Translations under genes and position numbers: made by a program
The notes under the pieces: model-generated
Databases searched by the model: none
What the model was told of the DNA's origin: nothing
What the model saw: the letters and a program-made list of their open reading frames with translations, nothing else
Shown: positions 10,354 to 21,328 of the stretch, piece after piece
Layout of the letters: the number at the start of each line of letters is the position of its first letter
Position numbering within the stretch: the first letter of the stretch is position 1
Assembly (NCBI GenBank): GCA_043825855.1
Contig: JBDRRJ010000007.1
Span: 26,900-90,899, forward strand
Reading direction: 5' to 3'
Length of the DNA: 64,000 nt
DNA from: Pseudomonadota bacterium
GTDB lineage: Bacteria; Desulfobacterota; UBA8473

Positions 10354-10398
10354 TTTGATTCGTGCGACGTGAATATCAAGTACGTCGCACGAATCAAA
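10354..10398 (+). terminator. 17-bp perfect inverted repeat stem-loop immediately 3' of csp
   Basis: tttgattcgtgcgacgt - gaatatcaagt - acgtcgcacgaatcaaa. No T-run follows. It could be a terminator, a stability element or a protein-binding site. Confidence 0.4.
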
Positions 10399-10728
10399 AC
10401 TTCATAGATAATTCTGCAGCATATCAAAGAGTAAAACACCTCTTTCCTCTTTTATTCTTCACCCAACCCTGACGGCTTTGCAAAAAGTCCATCTGAGGTA
10501 TTACTTTACATCTTCAGACATTGCAGCGTACAGATAAAGTACGCTTTATTCCATCGAATTTGCGCTCCTTGCATCTGGTTTTGTCTTTGCCATCTGACTT
10601 ATGACTTTTTACAGTTTCATCGATCCTTAATGCCAGTCTATATTTTTGGTTGATTTATCACCAAAGATTATGTTATTTGTATCATAAAATCCTTCGATTA
10701 AAGCGAGAGGAGACTAATCACTAACTCA

Positions 10729-11919
10729 ATGAACCCAAAACAACTAATGAATATTTCAGACCAATATACCGCCTCAACCTATTCGCGTTTACCTGTTGTA
10801 ATAGTAAAAGGTTCAGGTTGCAAGTTATGGGACTCTGATGGTAAAGAGTACCTTGATTTTGTCGGTGGGCTGGCAGTATGTAACTTAGGGCATTGCCATC
10901 CTAATGTTGTAAAAGCTATAAAAGAACAGGCGGATACCCTTATACACGTATCGAATCTCTACTATACGGAACCTCAGACCAAGTTAGCAAAACTTCTGGT
11001 GGAAAATTCTTTTGCAGATAAAGTGTTTTTTTGCAACAGTGGAGCAGAGGCTAACGAGGCAGCAATTAAGCTGACCCGTAAGTATACAAAGGAGAAAAAA
11101 GAGGATAAAAAATTCGAAATAATAACTATGACAAACTCCTTCCATGGACGGACTATGGCCACTATTACTGCAACTGGGCAGAATAAGTTCCACAAAGGTT
11201 TCGAACCCTTATTGCAAGGTTTCAGATACGTACCTTTCAACGACTTAAAAGCTGCAGAAGAAGCAATTAATTACTCAACATGTGCCCTAATGGTAGAACC
11301 AATTCAAGGAGAAGGCGGAGTTAACTGTCCATCAGATGATTATCTGAAAGGGCTCAGGGAAATCTGTGACAATTTCGGTTTATTGCTCATATTTGATGAA
11401 GTTCAGGTGGGGATTGGAAGAACAGGAACCCTATTCGCTTATGAGGGTTATGATGTCCAACCTGATATTATAACCCTTGCCAAGGGGCTGGCAGGAGGAT
11501 TGCCGATAGGCGCTATGCTTGCAAGGGAAGAAATTGCCAAGAGTTTCTCTCCAGGCTCTCATGCCTCAACCTTTGGAGGAAATCCGGTAGTGTCTGCCTC
11601 TGCTTTAGCTACTATAAATACTATTTTAGATAACGGCATTCTGGAAAACTGTATAAATGTGGGGGGTTACCTTTTCGAAAAGCTTAATAAATTGAAGCGT
11701 AAGTATCACTTTATTAAAGACCTTAAAGGAAAAGGCCTTATTATAGGTATGGAATTAGAATTCAATGGTGGTAATATTGTTAAAGAATGCCTAAACAGAG
11801 GCCTTCTGATCAACTGTACAATGGATAGGACTCTTCGTTTTCTCCCCCCACTTATTGTCACCAAACTGGAAGTAGATGCAATGGTTAGAATTTTATACGA
11901 TGTTTTTTCTGCACTTTAA
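10729..11919 (+). CDS. argD: Acetylornithine aminotransferase (class III PLP aminotransferase)
   Basis: VVIVKGSGCKLWDSDGKEYLDFVGGLAVCNLGHCHP and the PLP-lysine region are typical of ArgD. Confidence 0.88.
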   Translation: MNPKQLMNISDQYTASTYSRLPVVIVKGSGCKLWDSDGKEYLDFVGGLAVCNLGHCHPNVVKAIKEQADTLIHVSNLYYTEPQTKLAKLLVENSFADKVFFCNSGAEANEAAIKLTRKYTKEKKEDKKFEIITMTNSFHGRTMATITATGQNKFHKGFEPLLQGFRYVPFNDLKAAEEAINYSTCALMVEPIQGEGGVNCPSDDYLKGLREICDNFGLLLIFDEVQVGIGRTGTLFAYEGYDVQPDIITLAKGLAGGLPIGAMLAREEIAKSFSPGSHASTFGGNPVVSASALATINTILDNGILENCINVGGYLFEKLNKLKRKYHFIKDLKGKGLIIGMELEFNGGNIVKECLNRGLLINCTMDRTLRFLPPLIVTKLEVDAMVRILYDVFSAL

Positions 11920-11945
11920 TCAGATAAATAAACGGGGTTATAGAT

Positions 11946-13148
11946 ATGGAATCAAAAATAAATAAAGTAGTCCTGGCCTATTCCGGAGGTTTAGATACCT
12001 CTGTTATTTTGAAATGGCTAATAGAGACATACGGATGTGATGTCATAACCTATACTGCCAATCTAGGGCAGGCAGAGGAGTTGAATAATTTAGAAGAGAA
12101 GGCAATAAAAACCGGGGCATGTAAGGTTTACATAGAAGATTTACAGGATGAATTCGTACTCGATTATATCTTCCCTATGCTAAAGGCAAATGCTGTCTAT
12201 GAAAGTGGATACCTATTGGGTACATCTATTGCCAGACCTCTAATTGCAAAAAAACAGATTGAAATTGCCAAGAAGGAAGGGGCAGACGCAGTATGTCATG
12301 GGGCAACAGGTAAGGGAAACGACCAGGTCAGGTTTGAATTAACATATCTATCCCTCGATCCTCAGATCAAAATTGTTGCCCCCTGGAGGGACTGGGAATT
12401 TGATTCTCGAAAGTCACTTGTCGAATATGCAAAGAAACATAAAATTCCAGTTACTATAACAAAGGAAAAACCATACAGTAGTGACCGAAACTTGTTTCAT
12501 ATAAGTTTCGAGGGGGGCATCCTTGAAGACCCATGGGTAGAACCCAGCGAAGATATGTATATCTTGTCAGTATCTCCTGAAAAGGCACCGGATAAAGCAA
12601 CTTACATTGAGATTGATTTTGAAGCAGGTATTCCAGTAGCAGTTGACGGTAAAAAGGAGAGCCCTGGAAATTTATTGATGAAACTCAATAGCTTGGGTGG
12701 CAAAAACGGTATAGGGCGAATTGACATAGTAGAAAACAGATATGTGGGCATGAAATCTCGCGGTGTATACGAAACACCTGGGGGAACCATTTTGCATACC
12801 GCTCACAAGGCTATAGAATCTATAACAATGGACAGAGAAGTTATGCATTTAAGGGATTCTTTGATCCCAAAATACTCAGAGCTAATATACAATGGGTACT
12901 GGTTCTCACCGGAGATGGAACTCTTAAGAAAGACAATCGATGAAACACAAAAGGATGTTTCTGGAACAGTACGATTAAAATTATACAAAGGTAACTGCCT
13001 TGTAGTGGGGAGAAAATCACCTGAATCTTTATATCACCATGATTTTGCCACCTTTGAGAAGGATACTGTTTATAATCAAAAAGACGCTGAAGGTTTTATT
13101 AAAACAAATGCCCTTAGACTACGAATCTACGGTATGAAAAAGGGATAA
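11946..13148 (+). CDS. argG: Argininosuccinate synthase
   Basis: [16 protein letters not shown]-loop motif and ~400 aa length. Confidence 0.93.
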   Translation: MESKINKVVLAYSGGLDTSVILKWLIETYGCDVITYTANLGQAEELNNLEEKAIKTGACKVYIEDLQDEFVLDYIFPMLKANAVYESGYLLGTSIARPLIAKKQIEIAKKEGADAVCHGATGKGNDQVRFELTYLSLDPQIKIVAPWRDWEFDSRKSLVEYAKKHKIPVTITKEKPYSSDRNLFHISFEGGILEDPWVEPSEDMYILSVSPEKAPDKATYIEIDFEAGIPVAVDGKKESPGNLLMKLNSLGGKNGIGRIDIVENRYVGMKSRGVYETPGGTILHTAHKAIESITMDREVMHLRDSLIPKYSELIYNGYWFSPEMELLRKTIDETQKDVSGTVRLKLYKGNCLVVGRKSPESLYHHDFATFEKDTVYNQKDAEGFIKTNALRLRIYGMKKG

Positions 13149-13163
13149 TACGGTTTTTACTTT

Positions 13164-13694
13164 TTGAGAAGGTTGCATATCAATATGATTAAGAAATCTA
13201 ATATCATAATTCATATTCTCTTAATTTCTATATTATTTTTATCTGTTATGGAGGGATTTGGATGTGGCAAAAAGGCACCGCCTGTTGTGCCTAAAAGCCC
13301 TGCTCCAAAAGCTGTTAATGATTTAAAAGCTACCGCTTTAGAAGGAAAGGTTTTGCTCCACTGGACAGTTCCCGACAAGGATACTGATGGATCGCAATTA
13401 ACTAATCTAGCTGGTTTCAAAGTTTTTAGGAGCAAAGCTTCTTTTGACTCCAAACCATGTCCGGACTGCCCTAAAACATTCGAAGAATTTGCTGATATTG
13501 GTTATAGGGATACTTATCCTAATAACGCAGCCATGGTAAATAAGACTACTCAGTTTTCGGACAAAAATCTGCTTTATCGGACAATATACACTTATAAGGT
13601 TCTATCCTACAATTCTGACGGTGTTTTCAGTGAAGATTCAAATTATGCTGAGATATCATGGGATGTACCCCCATTAAGTGAAAAGGTGAAATAG
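13164..13694 (+). CDS. Predicted lipoprotein with an FN3-like beta domain
   Basis: Signal peptide followed by ...GFGC, then a Pro-rich linker. Function unknown. Confidence 0.45.
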   Translation: MRRLHINMIKKSNIIIHILLISILFLSVMEGFGCGKKAPPVVPKSPAPKAVNDLKATALEGKVLLHWTVPDKDTDGSQLTNLAGFKVFRSKASFDSKPCPDCPKTFEEFADIGYRDTYPNNAAMVNKTTQFSDKNLLYRTIYTYKVLSYNSDGVFSEDSNYAEISWDVPPLSEKVK

Positions 13695-13699
13695 AAGTC

Positions 13700-14959
13700 A
13701 TGCATGATTTTCAATATAAGAATGATGAGCTCTATTGCGAAGATACACCTATTTCAGCTATAGCAGATAGCGTTGGGACCCCTTTTTATCTATACAGCCA
13801 TAATACTCTTTTGAACCACTTTAAAGTCTTTGACTCTGCCTTCTCTTCAATAAACCACTTAGTGTGCTTTTCTGTAAAGGCAAACTCAAATATTGCCGTA
13901 CTTAAAACATTTATCAATCAAGGTGGAGGAGTAGATATCGTTTCGGGGGGTGAGTTATTCAGAGCCTTAATGGCTGGAGCCGACCCTAAAAAGATAGTTT
14001 ACTCAGGTGTAGGAAAGAAAGTCGATGAGATAGAGTTTGCACTTAATACCGACATTCTAATGTTTAATATAGAGTCGGCTCAAGAACTGACGGTAATAGA
14101 TTCTGTGGCAGGAAGACTTGGGAATAGGGCCAGAATTTCATTCAGGATAAATCCGGATATAGATCCTAAAACCCACCCTTATATCTCTACAGGTCTTAAG
14201 AAGAATAAATTCGGGATTAATATAAAGAGATCCCTTGAGGAATACAGGCACGCCAAAAGTCTCAAAAATATTGACATCGTGGGGGTAGATTGTCACATTG
14301 GATCCCAGATTACAGATATAGAGCCTTTTGTTGATGCACTTAAAAGGATAAAAGAACTGGTGATCGAACTTAAAAAAGAGGGAATAGATATAAAATATCT
14401 GGACCTCGGTGGTGGCTTGGGGATAACCTATGATGATGAGATCCCTCCCCATCCAAACACCTACGCTCAGGCTATTATTGAGCAAGTTTATGATCTAAAT
14501 TGTACTCTTATCTTAGAACCGGGAAGGGTAATTGTTGGAAACGCCGGGATATTGGTAACCAAAGCACTATATACAAAAACAAGCGAATATAAAAACTTTG
14601 TTATTGTAGATGCGGGCATGAATGATCTAACCCGACCTACTCTCTATGGTTCTTTCCAGGGGGTTCAACCTGTAAAGTTAATAAAGAAAGGTGAGTTTGT
14701 GGCCGATCTGGTTGGCCCAATATGCGAATCCGGTGACTTTCTGGCAAAAGACCGAAAGATGCCTAAATTCGAACGGGGAGATTTAGTGGCCATTATGAGT
14801 ACAGGGGCATACGGATTTACTATGTCATCTAACTACAACTCCCGTCCTCGTATTCCTGAAGTTATGGTAGCTGGAAACGAATTTTATATAATCAGGGAAA
14901 GGGAAGAATACGACGATCTTATAAAGAGAGAGAAGATTCCTGATTTTATAAACACATAG
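13700..14959 (+). CDS. lysA: Diaminopimelate decarboxylase
   Basis: Fold-III PLP decarboxylase motifs (FSVKAN, GGGLGI, EPGR, CESGD). Confidence 0.93.
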   Translation: MHDFQYKNDELYCEDTPISAIADSVGTPFYLYSHNTLLNHFKVFDSAFSSINHLVCFSVKANSNIAVLKTFINQGGGVDIVSGGELFRALMAGADPKKIVYSGVGKKVDEIEFALNTDILMFNIESAQELTVIDSVAGRLGNRARISFRINPDIDPKTHPYISTGLKKNKFGINIKRSLEEYRHAKSLKNIDIVGVDCHIGSQITDIEPFVDALKRIKELVIELKKEGIDIKYLDLGGGLGITYDDEIPPHPNTYAQAIIEQVYDLNCTLILEPGRVIVGNAGILVTKALYTKTSEYKNFVIVDAGMNDLTRPTLYGSFQGVQPVKLIKKGEFVADLVGPICESGDFLAKDRKMPKFERGDLVAIMSTGAYGFTMSSNYNSRPRIPEVMVAGNEFYIIREREEYDDLIKREKIPDFINT

Positions 14960-15039
14960 GGGCCTGTCTACCTGAGACTTTTTAAAAACTCTTTGCGGAT
15001 TAATATAAAAGCCCTAAGTTTATACATAAAGGTATTTAT

Positions 15040-15867
15040 ATGTACAACTTTGATTTTTTCAAGATGAGCGGAAGCGGAAATGACTTCATTATTGTAGATA
15101 ATCGCAGTAATATTATAACAGGAGACAAAATAAACAACCTTGTTAAGAAGATATGTCAGAGAAAAATATCTGTGGGGGCTGATGGGTTCATATTAATCCA
15201 GGAATCAGACAAAGCCGACTTTAAGTGGCGGTTTTTCAATGCGGATGGAAGTGAAGCCGAGATGTGTGGAAATGGCGGCAGATGTGCCGCCAGGTTTGCT
15301 TATCTAAAAAGTATCGCAGGCAAAAAAATGTCTTTTGAAACTATGGCGGCATTAATTAAAGCTGAAATCCTTGATGATAGAGTTAAACTCGAAATGCCTT
15401 CTCCCGATAATATCATCTGTAATCAAACAATATTAATTGAAGAAGAAGAACATATAGTTAATTTCATAAATACAGGGGTTCCCCATGTGGTAAAATTTGT
15501 TAATGATATAAAAAACTGTGAAGTATTTCAAATAGGAAGGCTTATACGTTACCACGACCAATATAAACCAGCGGGGGCAAACACAAATTTTGCTTATGTT
15601 AATGACCGCTCCAACATGACTGTGCGCACCTATGAAAGGGGTGTAGAGGAGGAAACCCTGGCTTGCGGAACAGGGGCTGTAGCCTCAGTTCTGATTGCAT
15701 CCTTAAAGGATATGGTCTCATCACCTGTGAATGTTAAAACCAGTGGCGGAGAAACTCTAACTGTGCATTTTAAACATGCCAAAAATGTATTTGAGGAAAT
15801 ATTTCTGGAAGGAGATGCCAGAGTTATATACGAAGGACGGTTGTGGCAAGATGCGATATCTCAATAG
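15040..15867 (+). CDS. dapF: Diaminopimelate epimerase
   Basis: FFKMSGSGNDFIIVD N-terminus and the two catalytic Cys regions (CGNGGRC, ACGTGA). Confidence 0.9.
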   Translation: MYNFDFFKMSGSGNDFIIVDNRSNIITGDKINNLVKKICQRKISVGADGFILIQESDKADFKWRFFNADGSEAEMCGNGGRCAARFAYLKSIAGKKMSFETMAALIKAEILDDRVKLEMPSPDNIICNQTILIEEEEHIVNFINTGVPHVVKFVNDIKNCEVFQIGRLIRYHDQYKPAGANTNFAYVNDRSNMTVRTYERGVEEETLACGTGAVASVLIASLKDMVSSPVNVKTSGGETLTVHFKHAKNVFEEIFLEGDARVIYEGRLWQDAISQ

Positions 15868-15884
15868 AGGAAAGCAGATAAGCT

Positions 15885-17063
15885 ATGGACAGAATACCCG
15901 AAGATGAACTCCGTTCCAGAATACGCCGGTTACAGAGAGTTATTTTAGAAAAACATCTGGATGCGGTATTCATTATTCAGAAGGCAGATCTATTCTATTT
16001 TACAGGAACAGTACAGTCTTCAGTGCTTTGTGTCCCTGTTGAAGGCACTCCTCTATTAATAGTAAGGAAAAGCTACGAAAGAGCTTGCAAAGAGTCAGCT
16101 TTAGAAAATATCGTTTACCTCCCTTCCTATGGAGAGTTGCCAAACCTTCTCAGGGAGCATAAGATTATCCATTTAGACCATATTGGTATGGAATTTGATG
16201 TTATCCCCACTTCTCTCTTTATTACATACCAGAAGATGTTCCCAAAGGCTAGATTTGAAGACGCATCAATGGCAATAAGAAACATCAGAATGGTCAAGTC
16301 GGGATACGAGATTGATATGATGCGCAAAGCCGGTAAGATTTCTGACGCTATTTTGAAAGAGGTGAAAAACGAGTTAAAAGTAGGACGAACTGAAGTGGAA
16401 ATCGCCTCTCTTATTTACAGCATTGCTTTTAAGTTAGGAGCACATGGATTTACAACTGGTAGAGGGTGGAATCAAGCCTTATCTCCGCTTCCCTTTGTCT
16501 ATGTTCTTTCGGGAGAAAACGGGGCTATGACGTCGTCCGATGATACTCCATTAGGGGGTAAAGGTTTAAACTCTTTTATCTCCAGTGGACCGTCAAACAA
16601 AAAAATAGAGGCACAGGAACCAATTGTAATTGACATTGGACTAGCATACAATGGCTATTCAGTAGATATGACCCGAACTTTTTCAGTGGGTGATCTGCCT
16701 TCATCTTTGAACAATGCATATGAAGCAACCCTCAAGATACAAGAGCAATTAATAAAGCAACTGTTTCCCGGTAAAATATGCTCGGAACTGTACCAGATTG
16801 CTGAAGAAATGGCCAAGCAACTAGGATACGGTGATAACTTTATGGGATACGGGAGGGATAGTGTGCGATTCGTTGGACATGGGATAGGCATAGAACTGGA
16901 CGAACTTCCAGTACTTGCCAATAGATTTGATATGCCCCTTGAGGAAGGTATGACCGTGGCTATTGAGCCTAAGATTATCTTCCCAGGAATTGGGGCCGTT
17001 GGTATCGAAAATACCTGGCTAATTAACAAAGACGGTCCAGAGCCTTTAACCTTGATGGACTAG
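15885..17063 (+). CDS. M24 family metallopeptidase (Xaa-Pro aminopeptidase / creatinase-like)
   Basis: Creatinase N-domain followed by a pita-bread fold with metal ligands (HGIGIELDE, ENTW). Confidence 0.75.
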   Translation: MDRIPEDELRSRIRRLQRVILEKHLDAVFIIQKADLFYFTGTVQSSVLCVPVEGTPLLIVRKSYERACKESALENIVYLPSYGELPNLLREHKIIHLDHIGMEFDVIPTSLFITYQKMFPKARFEDASMAIRNIRMVKSGYEIDMMRKAGKISDAILKEVKNELKVGRTEVEIASLIYSIAFKLGAHGFTTGRGWNQALSPLPFVYVLSGENGAMTSSDDTPLGGKGLNSFISSGPSNKKIEAQEPIVIDIGLAYNGYSVDMTRTFSVGDLPSSLNNAYEATLKIQEQLIKQLFPGKICSELYQIAEEMAKQLGYGDNFMGYGRDSVRFVGHGIGIELDELPVLANRFDMPLEEGMTVAIEPKIIFPGIGAVGIENTWLINKDGPEPLTLMD

Positions 17064-17096
17064 GCTTTATTTTTACTGTGGTTAGGAGGGAAAGGG

Positions 17097-17900
17097 ATGA
17101 TAAAGACCATTGTTGTTGGGGCCGCAGGTAGAATGGGTGGCAGAATCATTAATGCTATAAATGAAACCGAGGGGATTGAACTTGTTGGTGCGGTAGAGTA
17201 TAAGAACCATCCGGCAACGGGCAAAGACGCAGGAGAAGTTGTTGGCCTGGGCAAATTAAACATAGAGTTGATGGATGACCTGGCCACAATTATCGATCTA
17301 GGAGATGTAATTATTGATTTTACAAACAATACTGCATCCTTGAGGCATCTGGAGATTGTTGCGAAAAACAAAAAGGCAATAGTTATAGGAAGCACTGGAT
17401 TTTCTGCCAAAGAAATGGATGAAGTTAAAAAATTGTCCGATAACGCCAAGTGTGTACTCTCTCCAAATATGGGTGTAGGAGTTAACCTGGTTTTTAAGAT
17501 AATAGAAGATATATCGAAGGTTCTAGGAGATGACTTTGACATTGAAATTGTTGAGGCTCATCACAGGTTTAAAAAGGACTCTCCAAGTGGAACAGCTATG
17601 AAGATTGCACAAATAATCGCCCAAACCCTTAAGAGAGACTTGGATGAGGTAGGGGTATATGGACGAAAGGGTATCGTTGGAGAGCGTAAACAAAAAGAGA
17701 TTGGTATTCAGGCTGTCAGGGCCGGGGATATTGTTGGAGACCATACAGTCATCTTTGGAGGACTGGGCGAAAGGCTGGAGGTTACTCATAGAGCACATAG
17801 TAGAGATACCTTTGCACGCGGAGCTGTTAGAGCTGCTAAATGGATTGTTAATCAAAAAAACGGATTGTACGATATGCAGGATGTACTGGGGTTAAAATGA
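17097..17900 (+). CDS. dapB: 4-hydroxy-tetrahydrodipicolinate reductase
   Basis: MIKTIVVGAAGRMGG Rossmann motif and the EAHHRFKKDSPSGTA active-site block. Confidence 0.9.
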   Translation: MIKTIVVGAAGRMGGRIINAINETEGIELVGAVEYKNHPATGKDAGEVVGLGKLNIELMDDLATIIDLGDVIIDFTNNTASLRHLEIVAKNKKAIVIGSTGFSAKEMDEVKKLSDNAKCVLSPNMGVGVNLVFKIIEDISKVLGDDFDIEIVEAHHRFKKDSPSGTAMKIAQIIAQTLKRDLDEVGVYGRKGIVGERKQKEIGIQAVRAGDIVGDHTVIFGGLGERLEVTHRAHSRDTFARGAVRAAKWIVNQKNGLYDMQDVLGLK

Positions 17901-17916
17901 GGAGGCAATAATTATA

Positions 17917-19086
17917 ATGTTTAAAATAGAGAAAGCGGACCGGATAAAGGAGCTACCACCCTATTTATTTGCAACAATCGATAAGATGAAAGCTGAACAG
18001 ATAGCTAAAGGAGTGGATGTTATCGATCTCAGCATCGGTGATCCTGACATACCTACTCCTTCTAACATTATAGCAAAGATGAAAAAAACAGTAGAAGATA
18101 AAAAAAATCACCGGTATCCTTCTTATGAGGGGATGATTGACTTCAGAAGAGCTGTATCCAACTGGTATAAAAGGAGATTCAATGTAGATCTGGACCCTAT
18201 TACAGAGGTTCTCTCTTTAATTGGGTCTAAAGAGGGCATAGCCCATATTCCTTTGGCATTTGTTAATCCAGGCGATATTGTATTGGTTCCCAGCCCTGCT
18301 TATCCTGTCTACAGCATAGGGACGAAATTTGCTGGAGGAGAACCTTACTTTATGCCTCTTCTTAAAGAGAATAACTTTTTACCTGATTTAGAAAAAATAC
18401 CGGAAAATGTTGCAAATAAAGCGAAATTGATTTTTGTTAATTATCCTAATAACCCAACTGCTGCGGTAGCTGATACAAATTTTTTCAGAGTTCTTATCGA
18501 GTTTGCTAAAAAGCACAACATAATTATCTGCCATGATGCACCTTATACGGAAGTATACTATGATGATGATAAACCCATCAGTTTTTTGGAAGTGGATGAA
18601 GCCAAAGATGTAGGAATAGAATTCCACTCACTCTCAAAAACATACAATATGACAGGATGGAGGATAGCATTCGCAGTTGGGAATGCCGATATACTAGGAG
18701 GGTTAGGTCAGATTAAGACGAATGTTGACTCTGGTTTGTTTCAGGCAATTCAGGAAGCAGGTATTGAAGCATTAGAATGCGACCAATCATCGGTGGAAGA
18801 GATGAGAAAAATATATCTGGAGAGAAGAGATGCTTTGGTTAAAGGTCTTATTGAAGTGGGATTGAACCTAGAGGTACCAAAGGCCAGTTTTTACCTATGG
18901 GTCCCGGTTCCAGATGGATATTCCTCTACTACGTTTTGCGCGCACTTACTAAATAAGGCAGGAATTTTAACCACCCCGGGAAATGGGTTTGGTGAAGCAG
19001 GAGAGGGGTATATACGTATGGCATTAACAGTACCTAAAGACAGAATTATAGAAGGGGTTGAACGACTTAAAAAAGTGGGCATTTAA
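17917..19086 (+). CDS. dapL: LL-diaminopimelate aminotransferase (class I/II aminotransferase, DapL type)
   Basis: IKELPPYLFATID N-terminus and an SLSKTYNMTGWR PLP-lysine motif, in a dap context. Confidence 0.75.
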   Translation: MFKIEKADRIKELPPYLFATIDKMKAEQIAKGVDVIDLSIGDPDIPTPSNIIAKMKKTVEDKKNHRYPSYEGMIDFRRAVSNWYKRRFNVDLDPITEVLSLIGSKEGIAHIPLAFVNPGDIVLVPSPAYPVYSIGTKFAGGEPYFMPLLKENNFLPDLEKIPENVANKAKLIFVNYPNNPTAAVADTNFFRVLIEFAKKHNIIICHDAPYTEVYYDDDKPISFLEVDEAKDVGIEFHSLSKTYNMTGWRIAFAVGNADILGGLGQIKTNVDSGLFQAIQEAGIEALECDQSSVEEMRKIYLERRDALVKGLIEVGLNLEVPKASFYLWVPVPDGYSSTTFCAHLLNKAGILTTPGNGFGEAGEGYIRMALTVPKDRIIEGVERLKKVGI

Positions 19087-19095
19087 CGGGGTAAC

Positions 19096-19590
19096 ATGAA
19101 TATTGCCTATATAGGAATCGGGTCCAATCAGGGAGATAAAATAAAGTATTGCAATGATGCGATAAAGGAGATTTCTAAATACAAAGGTAATATAATTTTA
19201 AACCGATCTTCTTTTTACAGGACAGAACCGTGGGGTAAGGAAAATCAGGATTGGTTTATTAACTGTGCAATCAAACTCAAAACCACTTTAGATGCATCTG
19301 AGTTTTTCAAAGTACTTCTTAATATTGAGAAAAAATTAAAAAGGGTTAAGAGGGATAAATGGGGGCCCAGAAAGATCGATCTTGATATACTTTTTTTTAA
19401 CGATAAGGTAATAAACACACCTGAGGTTAATATCCCTCACCCCATGATTCAGGCTAGAAAATTTGTACTTGTGCCTCTGAATGAAATCTGTCCTGAATTT
19501 ATTCATCCGGTATTAAATAAATCTATAATGGAGTTGCTTAAGGAAACAACAGACGACAAAGAGGTTATAATAATAGGAAAAGAAGACTAA
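19096..19590 (+). CDS. folK: 2-amino-4-hydroxy-6-hydroxymethyldihydropteridine pyrophosphokinase
   Basis: AYIGIGSN, RTEPWG and IDLDIL motifs. Confidence 0.85.
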   Translation: MNIAYIGIGSNQGDKIKYCNDAIKEISKYKGNIILNRSSFYRTEPWGKENQDWFINCAIKLKTTLDASEFFKVLLNIEKKLKRVKRDKWGPRKIDLDILFFNDKVINTPEVNIPHPMIQARKFVLVPLNEICPEFIHPVLNKSIMELLKETTDDKEVIIIGKED

Positions 19591-19604
19591 TAAAGAGAGT
19601 TTTT

Positions 19605-19868
19605 ATGCTGCGTTTTATATTCCTGATTATTCTGTTTTATCTTCTATACAGATTTATAAAGGGACTTTTATATCCCTCTGAAGAAATAAATATCAGCACA
19701 ATAACTTCCAGGGAAAGACCTGAGGAAGATGAGATGGTGAGGGATCCTTACTGTGATAAATACGTACCTAAAAGAAATTCTTATTCAGCAAAGATAAATG
19801 GTGAGTTTCTATATTTTTGCAGTAACGAATGCCTCGAAAAATATAAACAGGAAAAAGCCTCAAATTAA
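19605..19868 (+). CDS. Small membrane protein with a C-terminal Cys4 (TRASH/YHS-like) ribbon
   Basis: One N-terminal TM helix, then DPYCDKYV...YFCSNEC. Confidence 0.4.
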   Translation: MLRFIFLIILFYLLYRFIKGLLYPSEEINISTITSRERPEEDEMVRDPYCDKYVPKRNSYSAKINGEFLYFCSNECLEKYKQEKASN

Positions 19869-19870
19869 AA

Positions 19871-20455
19871 ATGGTTAAGAATTACTCTAAAGCAAAGGCA
19901 ATTATATTTTGTTTATTTCTAGTGTTAGGGGTTCTATTGACACCCTATTCTATATCTTTTGCAGATATTTACAGCTTCACAGATCAAAATGGTGTAATTC
20001 ATTTTACCAATGTCCCCACCGATCCCAGATATAAACTAATTATAAAAGAGAAACACTTCGATCCTCGATCTATAAACTATGGATCCCTTATATCAAAAAT
20101 ATCAAAGAAATATATGTTAGACGATACCCTTGTAAGAGCCATAATAAAAGCAGAGTCTGATTTTAACCATAAAGCAGTATCTAACAAGGGTGCAATGGGA
20201 TTAATGCAGCTGATGCCAGGAACAGCAGAGGACATGGAGGTTAATAACCCATTCGATCCTGAAGAAAACATCGAGGGGGGTGTCAGGTATTTTAAATGGC
20301 TTCTAAATAGATTTGAAGACAATTTGCCTCTGGCTATCGCTGCATATCATGCTGGAGGAGAGGCAGTTGAAAGACACAACGGCATTCCACCTTTTACTTC
20401 AACCCAGAAATATGTTAAAAAGGTATTAAAATACTTCAAAGAGTATAATAAGTAG
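19871..20455 (+). CDS. Lytic transglycosylase (SLT domain) with a DUF4124-like N-terminal domain
   Basis: AESDFNHKAVSNKGAMGLMQLMP catalytic motif, and a signal peptide. Confidence 0.8.
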   Translation: MVKNYSKAKAIIFCLFLVLGVLLTPYSISFADIYSFTDQNGVIHFTNVPTDPRYKLIIKEKHFDPRSINYGSLISKISKKYMLDDTLVRAIIKAESDFNHKAVSNKGAMGLMQLMPGTAEDMEVNNPFDPEENIEGGVRYFKWLLNRFEDNLPLAIAAYHAGGEAVERHNGIPPFTSTQKYVKKVLKYFKEYNK

Positions 20456-20484
20456 AAATTCTTACTAAATCAAGGTATTAAATA

Positions 20485-21033
20485 ATGTTAAACTTACCCA
20501 ATTATTTGACTATCCTGAGGATTATGGTAATTCCTTTTATTGTAACCTTTTTGTTTTTCCCCGGGAAGTTGGCGGCTTTTTTTGCAGCATTACTCTTCTC
20601 CATAGCAGCTATTACAGATCTTCTGGATGGTTATATTGCTCGCCAGCAAAATGCCGTTACCTTTTTAGGAAAAGCTCTAGACCCACTGGCTGACAAGCTT
20701 TTAATTACCGCGACTCTAATTATGCTTATACCTCTAGGAAGAGTTCCTGCATGGATGGCAGTAGTAATAATCTCTAGAGAGATAGCTATAACAGGATTAA
20801 GAGGTGTTACTGCTATAGAAGGAATATTAATAAGTGCCTCTAATTTAGGAAAATATAAAACAATCTTTCAGGATACTGCACTGATTTCTCTACTGCTACA
20901 TTATGAATATCTCAATGTAGATTTACATACCGTTGGGATGTTTTTCTTGTGGGTCGCATTAATAGTTACAATATGGTCCGGATACGATTATTTCTACAGA
21001 TTTTTTAATAAGATTAAATCTATAGATGGATAG
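20485..21033 (+). CDS. pgsA: CDP-diacylglycerol--glycerol-3-phosphate 3-phosphatidyltransferase
   Basis: CDP-alcohol phosphatidyltransferase motif DLLDGYIAR...G...D...ADK. Confidence 0.88.
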   Translation: MLNLPNYLTILRIMVIPFIVTFLFFPGKLAAFFAALLFSIAAITDLLDGYIARQQNAVTFLGKALDPLADKLLITATLIMLIPLGRVPAWMAVVIISREIAITGLRGVTAIEGILISASNLGKYKTIFQDTALISLLLHYEYLNVDLHTVGMFFLWVALIVTIWSGYDYFYRFFNKIKSIDG

Positions 21034-21098
21034 GTCTGTTTTTTGTTTGACAAGGTCGAAGGATTTGTTATAATTCCCGAAAATTAAAAATACTTTTA

Positions 21099-21173
<75 letters not shown>

Positions 21174-21182
21174 TTTTATAAA

Positions 21183-21257
<75 letters not shown>

Positions 21258-21328
21258 TTGGTAATTTTCTTTTCCTTTAACAGATAGCGCACAGGCATTT
21301 CACTAAAAATCTATTTTAGCGATTTCAA

